A DNA stretch of 62,415 bases, counting the filler, from Globobulimina sp. (taxonomy: Eukaryota): the NCBI GenBank assembly GCA_003354225.1. It is 31 parts of 31 records of this genome, joined end to end, with 100 filler letters (N's around TTAATTAATTAA, not from the genome) between each part and the next. Parts side by side here need not be neighbours in the genome. Positions count along the whole stretch, not along the records: positions 46,393 to 48,308 come from PIVH01010628.1; positions 48,409 to 50,324 come from PIVH01010629.1; positions 50,425 to 52,340 come from PIVH01010630.1; positions 52,441 to 54,355 come from PIVH01010631.1; positions 54,456 to 56,370 come from PIVH01010632.1; positions 56,471 to 58,385 come from PIVH01010633.1; 25 more parts are not named here. One strand, 5' to 3'. This document shows positions 46,437-58,186 of the stretch, one piece after another (the first letter of the stretch is position 1; each line of letters begins with the position of its first letter). Both the position numbers and the translations under genes were made by a program. The notes beneath the pieces were generated by a model. The model was not told the DNA's origin. It did not search any database and saw only the letters and a program-made list of their open reading frames with translations.

Positions 46437-47669
46437 ATGTCTATCTGTCTGTTTCTAGTTTTATTATTTTTCTGTTGTAGCAATGGCCAGCAATATAATG
46501 TTACAGTAATAGATCTCACAACACATCCAATTATATCCTATATTGATGGCAATAGTTTGTTCCAGCAAGTATTCAATCCGTCATTCATTATATCATCACC
46601 ATCCGTAGCCGCACCCGGATTAATTATGCGTAGCCAAAATTGCACTGCCAAAGTGAATGGGGATTGCGTACATTGTGATGGTCCCGGATCGGCAGCCAGT
46701 TTGATGACATTTGTAGAATGCAGCAATATAACCACAGGAATATGTTCAGCAACCTCATCCAATCCACTTTCAAATAATTCAATTGTGTTTGCGCCAACTT
46801 CTCAATTTGATATCAAAGGAACTGAGGATCCACGCATCAAATTCAATAAACTGGATGGATATTATTATATGTTTTATACATCATTTGGTTATGCAGACGA
46901 ATCCAATCCAAAGCAGCAAACAGTTTATTTATCATTAGGTGAAATGTGAAATCTATTTTTTTTCTTTAATTCAATTTTATCTTTGTATATTGTTTCCTTT
47001 TCAGCAAAATCAATGAAACCAAACATTGCTGGTTCATGGACTAAGTATGGAGCAGTATTCCCGCCCAATTCAGATGGGTCTAAATCAGCTGCATTGTTGA
47101 TTGAATTTGATAAAACAATGAATGATTATGGAGTGGGGTATTTATATTGGGGCGCTGGCACCATTCGGTTGACGGTTACACATAATCTAACAAGCTATGA
47201 ATACGACACTTCAAAGACATATTTAACCAAAAGACAGAATGGATTTGATTCCGATTTGGTTGAAAGTGGGCCACCTCCGTTACAATTAAGTGTCAAAGAT
47301 AAGAATGGGGAAGAACATTATATATTTTTTTATAATTCAATGAATTCACAAGGATATCATCCTGGATTTGTGATTATTGACAAATACAACAAAAGTGATA
47401 TCATTCAAAGAAGTGAGTTGAATCAACCTTTAATATCAGCAACATTGCCTTGGGAAGAAGGTGTTGGACCGTATACATGTAATGTGAGGAATGTTGTCTT
47501 TTTGGAAGCTGCGGAAATGTTTAATCAACAACAAAAAATGGAGTATATTGAAATGAGGAAACAAAAAGATGCTGTTTATATCGATGAAGGGAGTGATTTA
47601 ATTCGTGTCTATTTTGGTGGAGCAGATGCAGTCGTTGGCACAGCTGTTGTTCAAATTACGTATGCATAA
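46437..47669 (+). CDS. Secreted GH130-like glycosidase
   Basis: Signal peptide; VFNPS, GTEDPRI, SKSAALL, LVESGPPPL, NVVFLEA, VYFGGADAVVG; intron 46939-47004. Confidence 0.82.
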
Positions 47670-47705
47670 CATCATGAGTCTAAAAATAGCACACTTTTAT
47701 ACTTC

Positions 47706-48308
47706 TTGTCTATTTCTGCACTGTTTTCTGAAGATATGCTTCATCTCATCCCTGCTTCGTATGCGTCTTGCACCAATCTTTATTTTAGTTCACAGAAAGG
47801 TTTTCACAGAACATCAACAGCGCGTGAATTGAAAACAAACTGGAAACGCAAAAAATGGAACAAAGTCATTATTCAATTTGAAAAATTATTCGAAATGAAT
47901 TCGTGTTATGTTAAAGAATATCATGGCCATTTTATGTTAGCAATGGAGAATCATATCAATGATAAACTATCCAAATACATAGAGATTAAACCATCTGACC
48001 ATGTTATTAATAAGTCCTTCAAGACACAGTTAAAATGCCTTCTTCTCTATCACTTGTCGGGAATGCCAAATAATAAAATATGTCAAATACTCTGTGAATT
48101 TAAACGATGGAGAAAAATGATCAAACAATATCTCATGAAATATGAACACATAATTGATTGCCAAGATTTATATTATAATATATTCGAACATGAGAGAAAT
48201 TTCTGTTTATTAAGTCCTTTATTTTTTTATACGAAAGGAATTTCTCACATTTTATATTGTGAAAATAAAATAGTTGAATGCAAACCAAATAATTACATTG
48301 TTGTCACA
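47706..48308 (+). CDS. Hypothetical protein, 3' partial
   Basis: About 200 open codons; no motif recognised. Confidence 0.45.
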
Positions 48309-48408
48309 NNNNNNNNNNNNNNNNNNNNNNNNNNNNNNNNNNNNNNNNNNNNTTAATTAATTAANNNNNNNNNNNNNNNNNNNNNNNNNNNNNNNNNNNN
48401 NNNNNNNN

Positions 48409-50279
48409 ATAAACATTCAGGAATATTTGCGTTAATACTAACACCAACGCGAGAGCTCGCCTGTCAAATTGGCGACCAATTCATAGCATTGACAGCCAAC
48501 ACCGGCTTCTCCACCGCCATCGCCTACGGCGGTTCAGGCTACATCACCAATACTGGAGAGATCGAGGCCAGGCCACACATTTTAATCGCTACACCCGGCC
48601 GCTTAGCGGATTTAATCACAATGGGCATGGAATTTGACGTTGAATGCCTTAAATACTTAGTTATTGACGAAGCGGACCGATTACTTTTGGACAGGAGCTT
48701 CAGCAAAGCGTTGTTGACCATATTCAAACCATTGCCAAACAATCAAGAAAGACAAACTTTATTATTCAGTGCCACTTTGGACAAATCTATGCAGGCAATA
48801 TTCAAAGTGATGAAGTACAATCCCAAGAATAAAAAGGATAAACAACGCGTTGTGTTTATACAAACGTCGTTGCATAAACTCTCCACTGTTTCCAACATCG
48901 AACAAAGTTATTGCTTCATTCCGGAGATGACCAAAGAAACGTATTTAGTGATTTTGCTATCCAAGCTGGCAGATATTAGGAAAAAGAAAAAATGTGTCAT
49001 TATATTCATATCCTCCAAGGAATATTGCATGATCATAGCTCGGTTACTGAAGAACTTTCAGTTTGAGGTGTCAGAGTTGCACGGTAACCTGAAGCAGAAA
49101 AAGCGTTTAAGTGAGTTAATGCGGTTCAGGTCGGGCGTGACAAATATTTTGGTGGCTACGGATTTGGCCTCGCGAGGCCTGGATATACCGCGCGTGGAAT
49201 ATGTGTTTAATTTCGATGTTCCGACCAATGGCTTCGAATATATTCACCGCATTGGTCGGTGTGGCAGAGTGGACCGCTGCGGACATGCAATTACGTTTAT
49301 ATCTCAGTTCGACATTCGGTTATTACAAGCCATTGAAAAGGAGATACAATGCAAGCTGACTGAGTTCAAAACAGATGAATATCAGGAATTGGTGTTGGCG
49401 AAGATGGAGAGAGTGCTGATTATGAGAGCGGGCATTATCAATTCTGTGGAGACGCGGTATTTGTTGGATCCGTATAGTTTCAAACGGGATGCTACGCTGA
49501 GATGGGATGGAAAGTTCACTGATCCTCGGATTTTGGGTAAAGTTAATTATGGGAATCATAATAAAAAGTTGCCCGCAGCACAGAAGAAGGCGTCGACAGT
49601 GGCGGAGAATAAGGCGTTGTATCAAGATTTTAGAAATGCGTTTGAGAATAAATTTGATGCTGTGGAGGAGAGTGAGAGTGCGGCGCAGAAAAAGAGAGAG
49701 AAATTGTTTTATAAAGATTTGCGGAAAAAGGAGCGGCGATTAAAGGTGGAGGAGAAGGAGGTTGTGAAGGAAAAGGCGGCAGATGCTTTTTTTGAAAGTA
49801 ATGCAGTGGATTTGGATACAAATGTGGTTGTCATGGATGAGGATGTTCGATTGAATAAAGAGGAAGAGGCAAATATGGAAAATGAGCATAAAGAGGAAGA
49901 GGTTGGTAAAGATTATCATAAGTTGTATGGATGGCAGTCGTTTAGATTTGGAAAAAACGGCAAGAAAATTAAGCAATTGGAGCGAATGCAGAGAGCCAAG
50001 CAATTTAATTCGAAGAGGAGAGCGACGGAAAAGTGGAGGAGTAGACGTGAAGGGAGACAAAGTGAATTGGGCTTATTTAGTATTTGTGAGAAAAAAAAGA
50101 AATGGAATAAAACGAAACGGACAATGTTCGAACTAAGAAATCCAGGCTATGTTCAAAAGAAAAAGCAATTACCGAAACTGTCAAAGACTTTGATGAAGAA
50201 ATTACCGGCTGAGGAAATACTGAAACTAAGGACTAAGAAACACGCATGGTTTCGTGGCAAAGATATTGAATGGAAATAG
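48409..50279 (+). CDS. DEAD-box RNA helicase, DDX49/Dbp8-like, 5' partial
   Basis: FALILTPTRELACQIGDQF, ATPGRL, DEAD, FSAT, ATDLASRGLDIP, HRIGRCGR; long basic C-terminal tail. Confidence 0.9.
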
Positions 50280-50518
50280 ATTATTGACTTGATTTGATTT
50301 GATTTAATTTTACTTATTTGCAGTNNNNNNNNNNNNNNNNNNNNNNNNNNNNNNNNNNNNNNNNNNNNTTAATTAATTAANNNNNNNNNNNNNNNNNNNN
50401 NNNNNNNNNNNNNNNNNNNNNNNNATTCTGATTCCGATTGGGCGAAAACACACCATTTTACTAATGAAATACCATTTAAGTTGCCATATTATATATCTAC
50501 AGAATAAGTGGTGATTAT

Positions 50519-51962
50519 ATGATTACACATGGTGGGAGCTGCGTGGATACATTTTTGCATTTTCCAATATGGATTTGTGACAAATTACATGTAAATCATG
50601 ACATATTACACAATTTAATACATGAATTAACATCGATAGGACAAGAAAATAATGACTGGAGGGAAAAAGCACCGATTTTAAATATCATTGATCCTGAATT
50701 ATATACTTATCGATTGGAGAGAAACGTATTTGGCCAACAGTTGTTACAAATGTTTGAAAAAGCAAAAAAAGAAAGTTTTAGCCACATTGATTTTGATCTT
50801 TACGGCCTGTGTTTTGATAAAGACAAGCAATTAACAGCAAAATCATTAAAACAAAATGTAACAGAATACGTTGATCAGTTTGACAGTTATATCGGTGAAC
50901 AGGATCAACAGATATTTTATAAATATGAATTGTTTCGCAAAATAAATTTACCAAAATTAATATCATCCGGAAAGTTTATCCGCGGCAGTTATCAATTTTT
51001 AGCAACAGAGTTTGTTGAGTTGAATGACAATAAAATTAGAATCATGTCACCGATCCATAACTTGCCACCAAAATCAAAGTGCAGAAAATTGTATAAAGCT
51101 ATTCAACATATATTTGAATGCATGCTACCGATTTTTAATAAGTTCAAACAATTTAAAGATAGAAAAAATAAACAATTTCAATGTATTGTTAAGTCACAAT
51201 CATATATTTTAAACCCAAACGCTGGATATTCAGGTATATATACATGTGTTTGTTATTTATTTTTGTCTGAAATAGCTATATATACAAAGTTGTCATAACT
51301 ACTAAATAGGGGAATGGCATCAAGAGGGTTTAACCGAAAATATAATATTAACAGGTCTGTATTATTGGCGCTATGACAGTGGATTAACGGGTGGAAATTT
51401 AAAATTTCGTAACAAACGAATACCGGAACAGTTGGCTGATTTTAATGAAAAGTATCTCTGTTATAAAGAGGTCCGTTTGTGTAACGGTAAAGCGGTGGTT
51501 TTTGATAACATGGAATTGGTTCATAGGTTAAGAATATTGAAAAACTTGACGGATTTGCCAAATCAAACAAAATCTTTTTTAGCATTTTTTATTGTCGATC
51601 CAGAGAAACCAATTAATTCTACGGCGACGTATCCTTCCTTGAAAAGGGAATATTATGTTGCTTTGCTTGCAAAATTGTTGTTGAAATATCACATTGGATT
51701 GGATATTTGCTCACTGATTTGTGAATATGGAAAGAATGGAATGACATTGGATTTTGCCAGAAGATTTCGTGAAAACTCAATTCATTTAAAAAAACAAATG
51801 AAAGGGAAATTTGGTCATATATGTTTTGGTAATGCTGGACAAAATGTTTATTTCCCACAAGGTAAAATGGTGCCATTTATGATTAGTAAACCATATGGAA
51901 GTTACGAATGTAATTATGTTACATCCAATGAATTCGCGCCAACTACCAACTCTGAATTATAG
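50519..51962 (+). CDS. DUF4246-like protein (putative metal-dependent dioxygenase fold), 5' partial
   Basis: NIIDP, SPIHNL; intron 51234-51309 restores YSGEWHQEGLTENIILTGLYY; FDNMELVHR, LAFFIVDP. Confidence 0.75.
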
Positions 51963-52069
51963 CTCAAAGTACACGTGATCGAACGTGTTTGTATCTGTTT
52001 TTATTAACGTGTTTGTATCTGATCGAACGTGTTTTTCAGCTTTTACTACCGGTTTTTTTTTCAAGCAAG

Positions 52070-52340
52070 ATGTACGATTTAGTTCCGTTGCTGTTTGGCT
52101 TAATTTTAAAAATAACAGCAACAACCGGTCAGTATTGCATATTTGGATATTGTTCTTTGTTAGAACCAAATTGCTCATCATTGGAAGATAGTGGATGGAC
52201 AAGAATGTCAATTGATGACATAAAATATAATGAAACAATAAAAGATCAATTTATGTGTCAATACAACAAAAATCCAGGATTTCCAATATTAGAAAGTTAC
52301 ACAGCTGGTTGGAGTTGCATCAGTATGGCAGATAATTCAT
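52070..52340 (+). CDS. Probable secreted Cys-containing protein, N-terminal fragment
   Basis: MYDLVPLLFGLILKITATTG then a Cys-containing open frame to the contig edge. Confidence 0.4.
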
Positions 52341-52599
52341 NNNNNNNNNNNNNNNNNNNNNNNNNNNNNNNNNNNNNNNNNNNNTTAATTAATTAANNNN
52401 NNNNNNNNNNNNNNNNNNNNNNNNNNNNNNNNNNNNNNNNTCTCCAATTAAATCTTTCCCAAATTGCTTCACCATCTTAACAGTTTCACAACAAGAAATT
52501 ATCCATTCACTTAAATAAATATAGGAAACTATCCAAATATAACTGTCATTTTCTTTTTAATATCACACACAGCGCACAAAATACCACCGGACACAACAT

Positions 52600-54348
52600 C
52601 TATTCATCAACATTCATACCATTTGTATTGTGATTATTATTGTTATTATTCTTCAAATTTTCATTATTATTCGCACCAAATCTATTTGTATTTGTATTTT
52701 TATTATTGCCATCAAATGCATTTTCTTTATCAATGTCCATTTCTTGTTTTTCCTCGTTTTCTTTTTTATCTTCGTCGCCATGATATAACCTCCACGATTC
52801 ATCAAAATATTCGTTCGGATGACTCCATTGTGAATTAATATCATCGATTTTAATGTTTTTCTTTTTCATAATATCCTTATGTTGCACACTAAATACATGC
52901 CGACAGCCTAACTGATAATGATTACCTTTCACAAAATTCAATATAGTGTCAACATCATTGCTATTCATCTTCTTATGTAACAATAAGTATTGCCTCAAAT
53001 TATTAGGATCGAATATCTTTAATGGACAGCCATGGAAATCACCGTTGTTCGGTGTGCATGATATGATTTTATTGCATGAATACGGTGAATAATCGATCCG
53101 TTTCCCTTCCTTTCCATAATTATGCCGCACATTGTATGCGTACTGTTTGTTAAATTTATCCCCGCCAATCTTTGTAAAGGAGAGCCGCCAATACACCAAA
53201 GACTCAGACAAGGACAAACCAATACCTTTTAGTTTCAACAAAAGTGTAAAAAAATTCGACAAAAAAATATGCAAAACAGTCCGATAACGCATACCTTTTA
53301 GAAACAGGCCTAAATGCATTCTGCCGCCATGTTTCATGTGGCCGTCACTTTGTAAATGTTGAATGGATGATTGCATGCATAGAGGATAGTGAATGTTTGC
53401 TAATTTGTTCACATTTTTGGCAGTAATTTGCGATTTCTTACCTTTGTTTGTTTTATATTGCGGTCCGTTTGTTATCTTATATAAGCCGTCGATGATATGG
53501 TCAATCCGCGACATTGTAGCCATGGTAATTGGATCGCATTTCATTTTATGAATGGCTTTCTGTGCATTTATTAAGCCTTTATTTAAATGCGCACGGAATT
53601 TGCCAGTAATGATGCTAAAAAAACGGTTATTTGGAACATAGGCGAATCCATCCAATATATACACACTTCGTCGGCCCACTAAGTTGATGACCTCAGTAAA
53701 GGGCACTTTGTAATATGGCAACATCTCTTTCTCAGAGCGTAGTTCTACCTTGCTTTGGAAGAAAGGAATAGGTGTTTTTCCATTTAAATATTCATCACTG
53801 ATTATCATTTTTTTTGACAATACATTGTAAGATGCATAGCCACCACACAATTCATTATGGACCATTTTGATTTGCGCTGTGTTGGCGGTTTTATATCGGG
53901 TTTCGAATAATATCTTTTCGGTGTTTAAAAACCAACGTCTTCGCTCAGTTCTGTTGTGTATATTGATTGCAATCGGAATATAAAAAAAAAAAAGAAAAAA
54001 AATATACGTTTGACAAAAGCATAAACGACCAATAAAATGAGAGATTTGATCATTGAGAGGAATGTGAAGATTGTTTATACGCATTGCTTCATTCAGTTTA
54101 TCTCTTATTGGCTTGCCGAGCCCTGTTTGCTTCTCAACCCATCGCAATACTTTATGTTTATGTGTTTGTTTAATGTTATTGATGTACGAAATGAATACGG
54201 ACATACCATTCAATCGAGATAACGCATATGATTCGAACTCATCAATACTGAATTCAACACTGGGAGGCTCTGTATACGCAGTTAAGACATTTTTGGGTAA
54301 GGGTTCACTGTTGGATGGCTGTTTCGTGTTTCGTGTTCCAAACTGCAT
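52600..54348 (-). CDS. PRIM2: DNA primase large subunit, 3 introns
   Basis: DQISHFIGRLCFC, YKVPFTEV, YPLCM, HMKHGGRMHLGLFLK|GIGL, YAYNVRHNYGKEGKRIDYSPYSC, HGCP, HYQLGC, HPNEYF. Introns 54150-54206, 53951-54007, 53226-53294. Confidence 0.96.
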   Translation of the reverse strand: MQFGTRNTKQPSNSEPLPKNVLTAYTEPPSVEFSIDEFESYALSRLNGMSVFISYINNIKQTHKHKVLRWVEKQTGLGKPIRDKLNEAMRINNLHIPLNDQISHFIGRLCFCQTYIFFLFFFYIPIAINIHNRTERRRWFLNTEKILFETRYKTANTAQIKMVHNELCGGYASYNVLSKKMIISDEYLNGKTPIPFFQSKVELRSEKEMLPYYKVPFTEVINLVGRRSVYILDGFAYVPNNRFFSIITGKFRAHLNKGLINAQKAIHKMKCDPITMATMSRIDHIIDGLYKITNGPQYKTNKGKKSQITAKNVNKLANIHYPLCMQSSIQHLQSDGHMKHGGRMHLGLFLKGMRYRTVLHIFLSNFFTLLLKLKGIGLSLSESLVYWRLSFTKIGGDKFNKQYAYNVRHNYGKEGKRIDYSPYSCNKIISCTPNNGDFHGCPLKIFDPNNLRQYLLLHKKMNSNDVDTILNFVKGNHYQLGCRHVFSVQHKDIMKKKNIKIDDINSQWSHPNEYFDESWRLYHGDEDKKENEEKQEMDIDKENAFDGNNKNTNTNRFGANNNENLKNNNNNNHNTNGMNVDE

Positions 54349-54456
54349 TGGACATNNNNNNNNNNNNNNNNNNNNNNNNNNNNNNNNNNNNNNNNNNNNT
54401 TAATTAATTAANNNNNNNNNNNNNNNNNNNNNNNNNNNNNNNNNNNNNNNNNNNNA

Positions 54457-56052
54457 AGAGAATATAGTCCGCCAGAACAGAATTGCCATGTAAGGCAAAG
54501 ACCTTCAGGTTCAGAAAAGGATTTTCAAACAGTACATCAACCTCCAAAGCACAGAATACCTGCGAAAGGAAAATTACCACATTGGCATGACAATGGTCTA
54601 CCAAGTGATGTTGTACAAACACCTCTGGGCGAAATTGAAGAAAGATATGTCTCATCATACCCTCTCCACATTTCACACAGAAATAATTTGAGAAAACTAC
54701 CCTACCAATATGAGAATTGGGTAGATATATATGATGGATGGACGGGAAGAAATGATTGGGATAGAATTAAAGCCAGAGAGATGGAAATGCGAAGAATAAT
54801 GAGAAGAGATCCAAAGATCTTCAGCATCACTAATCAAAGGCAGGCAGATGAAAGAGTCGCGCAAAAATGTAAAAAAATGACAAAATGGAAAGCAGAAGTA
54901 GAAGCAGGTAAAATTAGTAGCAGTGATTTACTCAAAAAGTGGAAAGAAGTGACAGCAATATTGAAAGATAGAGCGATAATTCATGAGTACTGCACAAATG
55001 CAGATGATGAAGATAAAAGGGCGGAATTCGAAGAGATGGAAAAACTAAGAGCTGATAATATTGAAAAAGAGAAGTATGAACGAATGTGGAATCCAGCCAA
55101 TAAAACAATGCCACCTGCATTAATAGAGGCACAGAAGAAAGTATTTGAGTACGAAAAGAGAAAATCAAAAATATTTGAAGAAAAAGACATTATGAACATA
55201 ACATATAAGAAAGTGCCAAAGTATAAAGAGAGTGGTCAAAGAGAAGAAAGAAGTTCAGAAAGCCAATGGCCTAGAAACTCTCAAAGAAATGATCAAAGGC
55301 ATAGTAGTACTCAATATAAACAGCCTCCCCAGAAAGTGCATAATAAGCTGAGAAAAAGTAATCAATCTCAAGGTGTACATTTTGGAAGTGACGGACCAGA
55401 AAGAATAGTTCATTCATATAGTGATGAATTTGATGAACCAGAAATGACACCGTGGCAATGTCGTCATGAGACAAGTGTCAGATTTAAAGAATTACCAATA
55501 GAACACACCTTTTGGAGAGTAGTGGAAACACCATTCCATAATTATGACCCGACAGTAGATCCATTTTTCTTTATCCCAGAAGACGAACTAGCAATTCAAG
55601 ATGTGCTCTACTTACAAAAGTGGAATACGCCAGATGGCATCACGAGATCCAGATGGATGGAATGTGAGAATCCAATCCAACTGTTGATTGAGTTTGCATT
55701 GGCACCCATGTACCCAAAATATGTGGTACACATGGCGATTGAAAAGCTAAGACAAAAGTATGGATGGGATGATGAGGAATTTAGAAATGCTGTTCCGTTC
55801 TATGAATGGTCGCACAGAGCAGACCCAAATGAACAGGGACAATATGAAATGGCAATCTTCGAATTTAAAAGTTTGTGGATGAGGTATATTCAGAAGTGTA
55901 TAGTAGATAACAGACAAAGTAATCACAGAAAAGGTCCAGAGTCACACAAGGAGACACCAGCTCAAAAGCAGCAGCAACGCCCAAGATGCTCACATAGGAA
56001 GAGAAAACAGACGCAAAGATATGCGCAAGAAATGTCACAATATTATTATTAA
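54457..56052 (+). CDS. Orphan intronless protein, 5' partial
   Basis: Frame open from the contig start for 531 codons; purine-rich sense strand; no motif recognised. Confidence 0.75.
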   Translation, partial: REYSPPEQNCHVRQRPSGSEKDFQTVHQPPKHRIPAKGKLPHWHDNGLPSDVVQTPLGEIEERYVSSYPLHISHRNNLRKLPYQYENWVDIYDGWTGRNDWDRIKAREMEMRRIMRRDPKIFSITNQRQADERVAQKCKKMTKWKAEVEAGKISSSDLLKKWKEVTAILKDRAIIHEYCTNADDEDKRAEFEEMEKLRADNIEKEKYERMWNPANKTMPPALIEAQKKVFEYEKRKSKIFEEKDIMNITYKKVPKYKESGQREERSSESQWPRNSQRNDQRHSSTQYKQPPQKVHNKLRKSNQSQGVHFGSDGPERIVHSYSDEFDEPEMTPWQCRHETSVRFKELPIEHTFWRVVETPFHNYDPTVDPFFFIPEDELAIQDVLYLQKWNTPDGITRSRWMECENPIQLLIEFALAPMYPKYVVHMAIEKLRQKYGWDDEEFRNAVPFYEWSHRADPNEQGQYEMAIFEFKSLWMRYIQKCIVDNRQSNHRKGPESHKETPAQKQQQRPRCSHRKRKQTQRYAQEMSQYYY

Positions 56053-56629
56053 AGACAGTAAAGAGGATGCAGAAATTAAAAATGTTCGCTGTAAGGAATG
56101 ATGCAAAGCAAAGAGTACTCAAGAGTGGAAATGAATAAATGTGTTCTCAAGTACCCTAAAAGTGTGAAAGTAACTGAGTATGAATGAATCCCAAGTCAAG
56201 CCAAAGGGGAGTCGACACCCTAATGGTATCGTTTTCTTAATGGGATTAGCTACCCCAAGAAGCAAGCGATGTTGCGTACAAGGTCAAAATTGAATGAAAG
56301 AAATGATTCTGGTAGTGGGCAACAAGACACACAGAACTTATTCCACTCGATTAGTACTATGAGCTTCACTNNNNNNNNNNNNNNNNNNNNNNNNNNNNNN
56401 NNNNNNNNNNNNNNTTAATTAATTAANNNNNNNNNNNNNNNNNNNNNNNNNNNNNNNNNNNNNNNNNNNNATTCCAAAATAAAACATATGTTCGCTCTTT
56501 TAAATATTAAGGAGATGTATTTTTTTGAATATGCTAAGCTTATTTCATTCACTATGTAAGTCCGTTGAATTCCTTCAGTATTAAACCGAAGAGGTTTTCT
56601 AACCTTAGCAAGTTCCGAATTTATTCATC

Positions 56630-57421
56630 ATGCCAGTGTCACAAGATAGCCTTCTTGGAAAGTATCCTTTAACAATTTTGCAGCCTGGTTATTATAGAGC
56701 AGCAACAACGTCACTAGCAATGGCTCTGAAAGAATTAGGATTTGGCCCAGTTTGGCATTTTGTGACTATCGACGGGCGCACACTCAAAAAAGGACAAACA
56801 TTCTTGATAAACAATGCTGAGAAATTGAACAGCAATGAATATGTTGATTTTGACGAATGGTTAGAGACGATACAATGTGCAACGATAATGGATACGCCTG
56901 TGGTATTTTATTGGGAGAAGATATTTGCACAATATCCTGAGTGTAAAGTCATTCTTTCAATTAGTGATTTTGAGGGTTGGTATAAAAGTATCCGATTATT
57001 GGTGTCGGAACTTGTCAGCGTAAGATCAACAATAGCCACTTATTTGGATGCATTTCATCATTTTGATGTCAATTTATATTGGCGCAAACATATGGACCTT
57101 GACATGTGTTTGGATGGGAATCGAAAACAGGAATTTAAAGAATTGTATTATGATAAACACATTGATAAGGTTCAAAACATTGTGCCAAAATCACAATTAT
57201 TGTTATTTAATGTAAAGAAAGGATGGGGGCCGTTATGCGAGTTTTTGAATGTACCAATTCCTAATACCGAATTTCCGAAATATAATAGTGGTCAGAGTTT
57301 TAAATTATTTGTTCGAACGTCTCAAAATGAACAGATTAAAAAAGGATTAACTCGCGTTCTTATAGTATCTGCATGTTTTTTGTTCTCATTCCGCGTTTGT
57401 GTCAAGAGATTCAACCAATAA
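56630..57421 (+). CDS. Sulfotransferase-like protein (Sulfotransfer_4 type) with C-terminal hydrophobic tail
   Basis: GYYRAATTSLAMALKELGFGPVWH, DTP, YPECKVILS, GWGPLCEFLNVPIPNTEFPKYN. Confidence 0.85.
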   Translation: MPVSQDSLLGKYPLTILQPGYYRAATTSLAMALKELGFGPVWHFVTIDGRTLKKGQTFLINNAEKLNSNEYVDFDEWLETIQCATIMDTPVVFYWEKIFAQYPECKVILSISDFEGWYKSIRLLVSELVSVRSTIATYLDAFHHFDVNLYWRKHMDLDMCLDGNRKQEFKELYYDKHIDKVQNIVPKSQLLLFNVKKGWGPLCEFLNVPIPNTEFPKYNSGQSFKLFVRTSQNEQIKKGLTRVLIVSACFLFSFRVCVKRFNQ

Positions 57422-57496
57422 TTAAATGTTATTTGTAAATATATAGTGGTTATTTCACTGTTATTTTTCAGTTTGATGCGTTTAGTTATGGCAGAA

Positions 57497-58186
57497 TTAT
57501 TTGTGTGTCTCATCTTGCAAAACATCATTCAAATCAATATCAACATTAGTAGTAAGTCGCTGAGGCAATAGGAAGCTGGACATATGCAAATAATCATCGT
57601 CGCTAAACTCTGGAAAATATGATATACTCCAAATACAAACACTATAAAATGCTATGCAAAGCGACATAAAAGCTGCAATCACGGTGATATACATTGAGAT
57701 ATACCATTCACATTCCGTTCCGATATATTCTTTCGTAGTATTTAAGTGTGTATACCAATACTTGCAACACTCCTCAGTCGTTTCCCAGTCCACAGCAGCA
57801 ATGATCCATGCCACTCCGCATAATAATGTCCCAAACCGAATCATGGATATTTTTGATTTTTGGAGGTAATGATGGCGCCTAAAACACGGCACATAATAAA
57901 ATATGATCGGCATAAAAATAAAAACTGTCATTATATATCCGATGGAGATCCATATTATGTATGAATGACCAGCTTGAATCGTGCTGTCATTATTTCTGTA
58001 TTTCTTTGTATATTTGACAGAGTCAATTGAAATATGAATTTGTTGGTAGCCACATTTTAAAACAATGTGTTCATTGTATGGATTGCGGACAGATTTATTT
58101 ATTGATAGTTCGTCAAGCAATGTGCCGGAACCCTTTACCAATGTTGATATTACGAACGTAATTATTTGTTTTTTGAAAATATTCAC
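57497..58186 (-). CDS. Multi-pass membrane protein
   Basis: Three or more hydrophobic helices and a Cys-containing loop; 5' end uncertain. Confidence 0.6.
   Translation of the reverse strand: MNIFKKQIITFVISTLVKGSGTLLDELSINKSVRNPYNEHIVLKCGYQQIHISIDSVKYTKKYRNNDSTIQAGHSYIIWISIGYIMTVFIFMPIIFYYVPCFRRHHYLQKSKISMIRFGTLLCGVAWIIAAVDWETTEECCKYWYTHLNTTKEYIGTECEWYISMYITVIAAFMSLCIAFYSVCIWSISYFPEFSDDDYLHMSSFLLPQRLTTNVDIDLNDVLQDETHK

Noticed and set aside
49243-49270. Helicase motif VI HRIGRCGR as an inactivating change
   Set aside because: His and the three Arg residues are kept; the varied position is tolerant.
51976-52034. Short AACGTGTTTGTATCTG / TGATCGAACGTGTTT repeats
   Set aside because: Consistent with local slippage in an intergenic gap; too short to support more.
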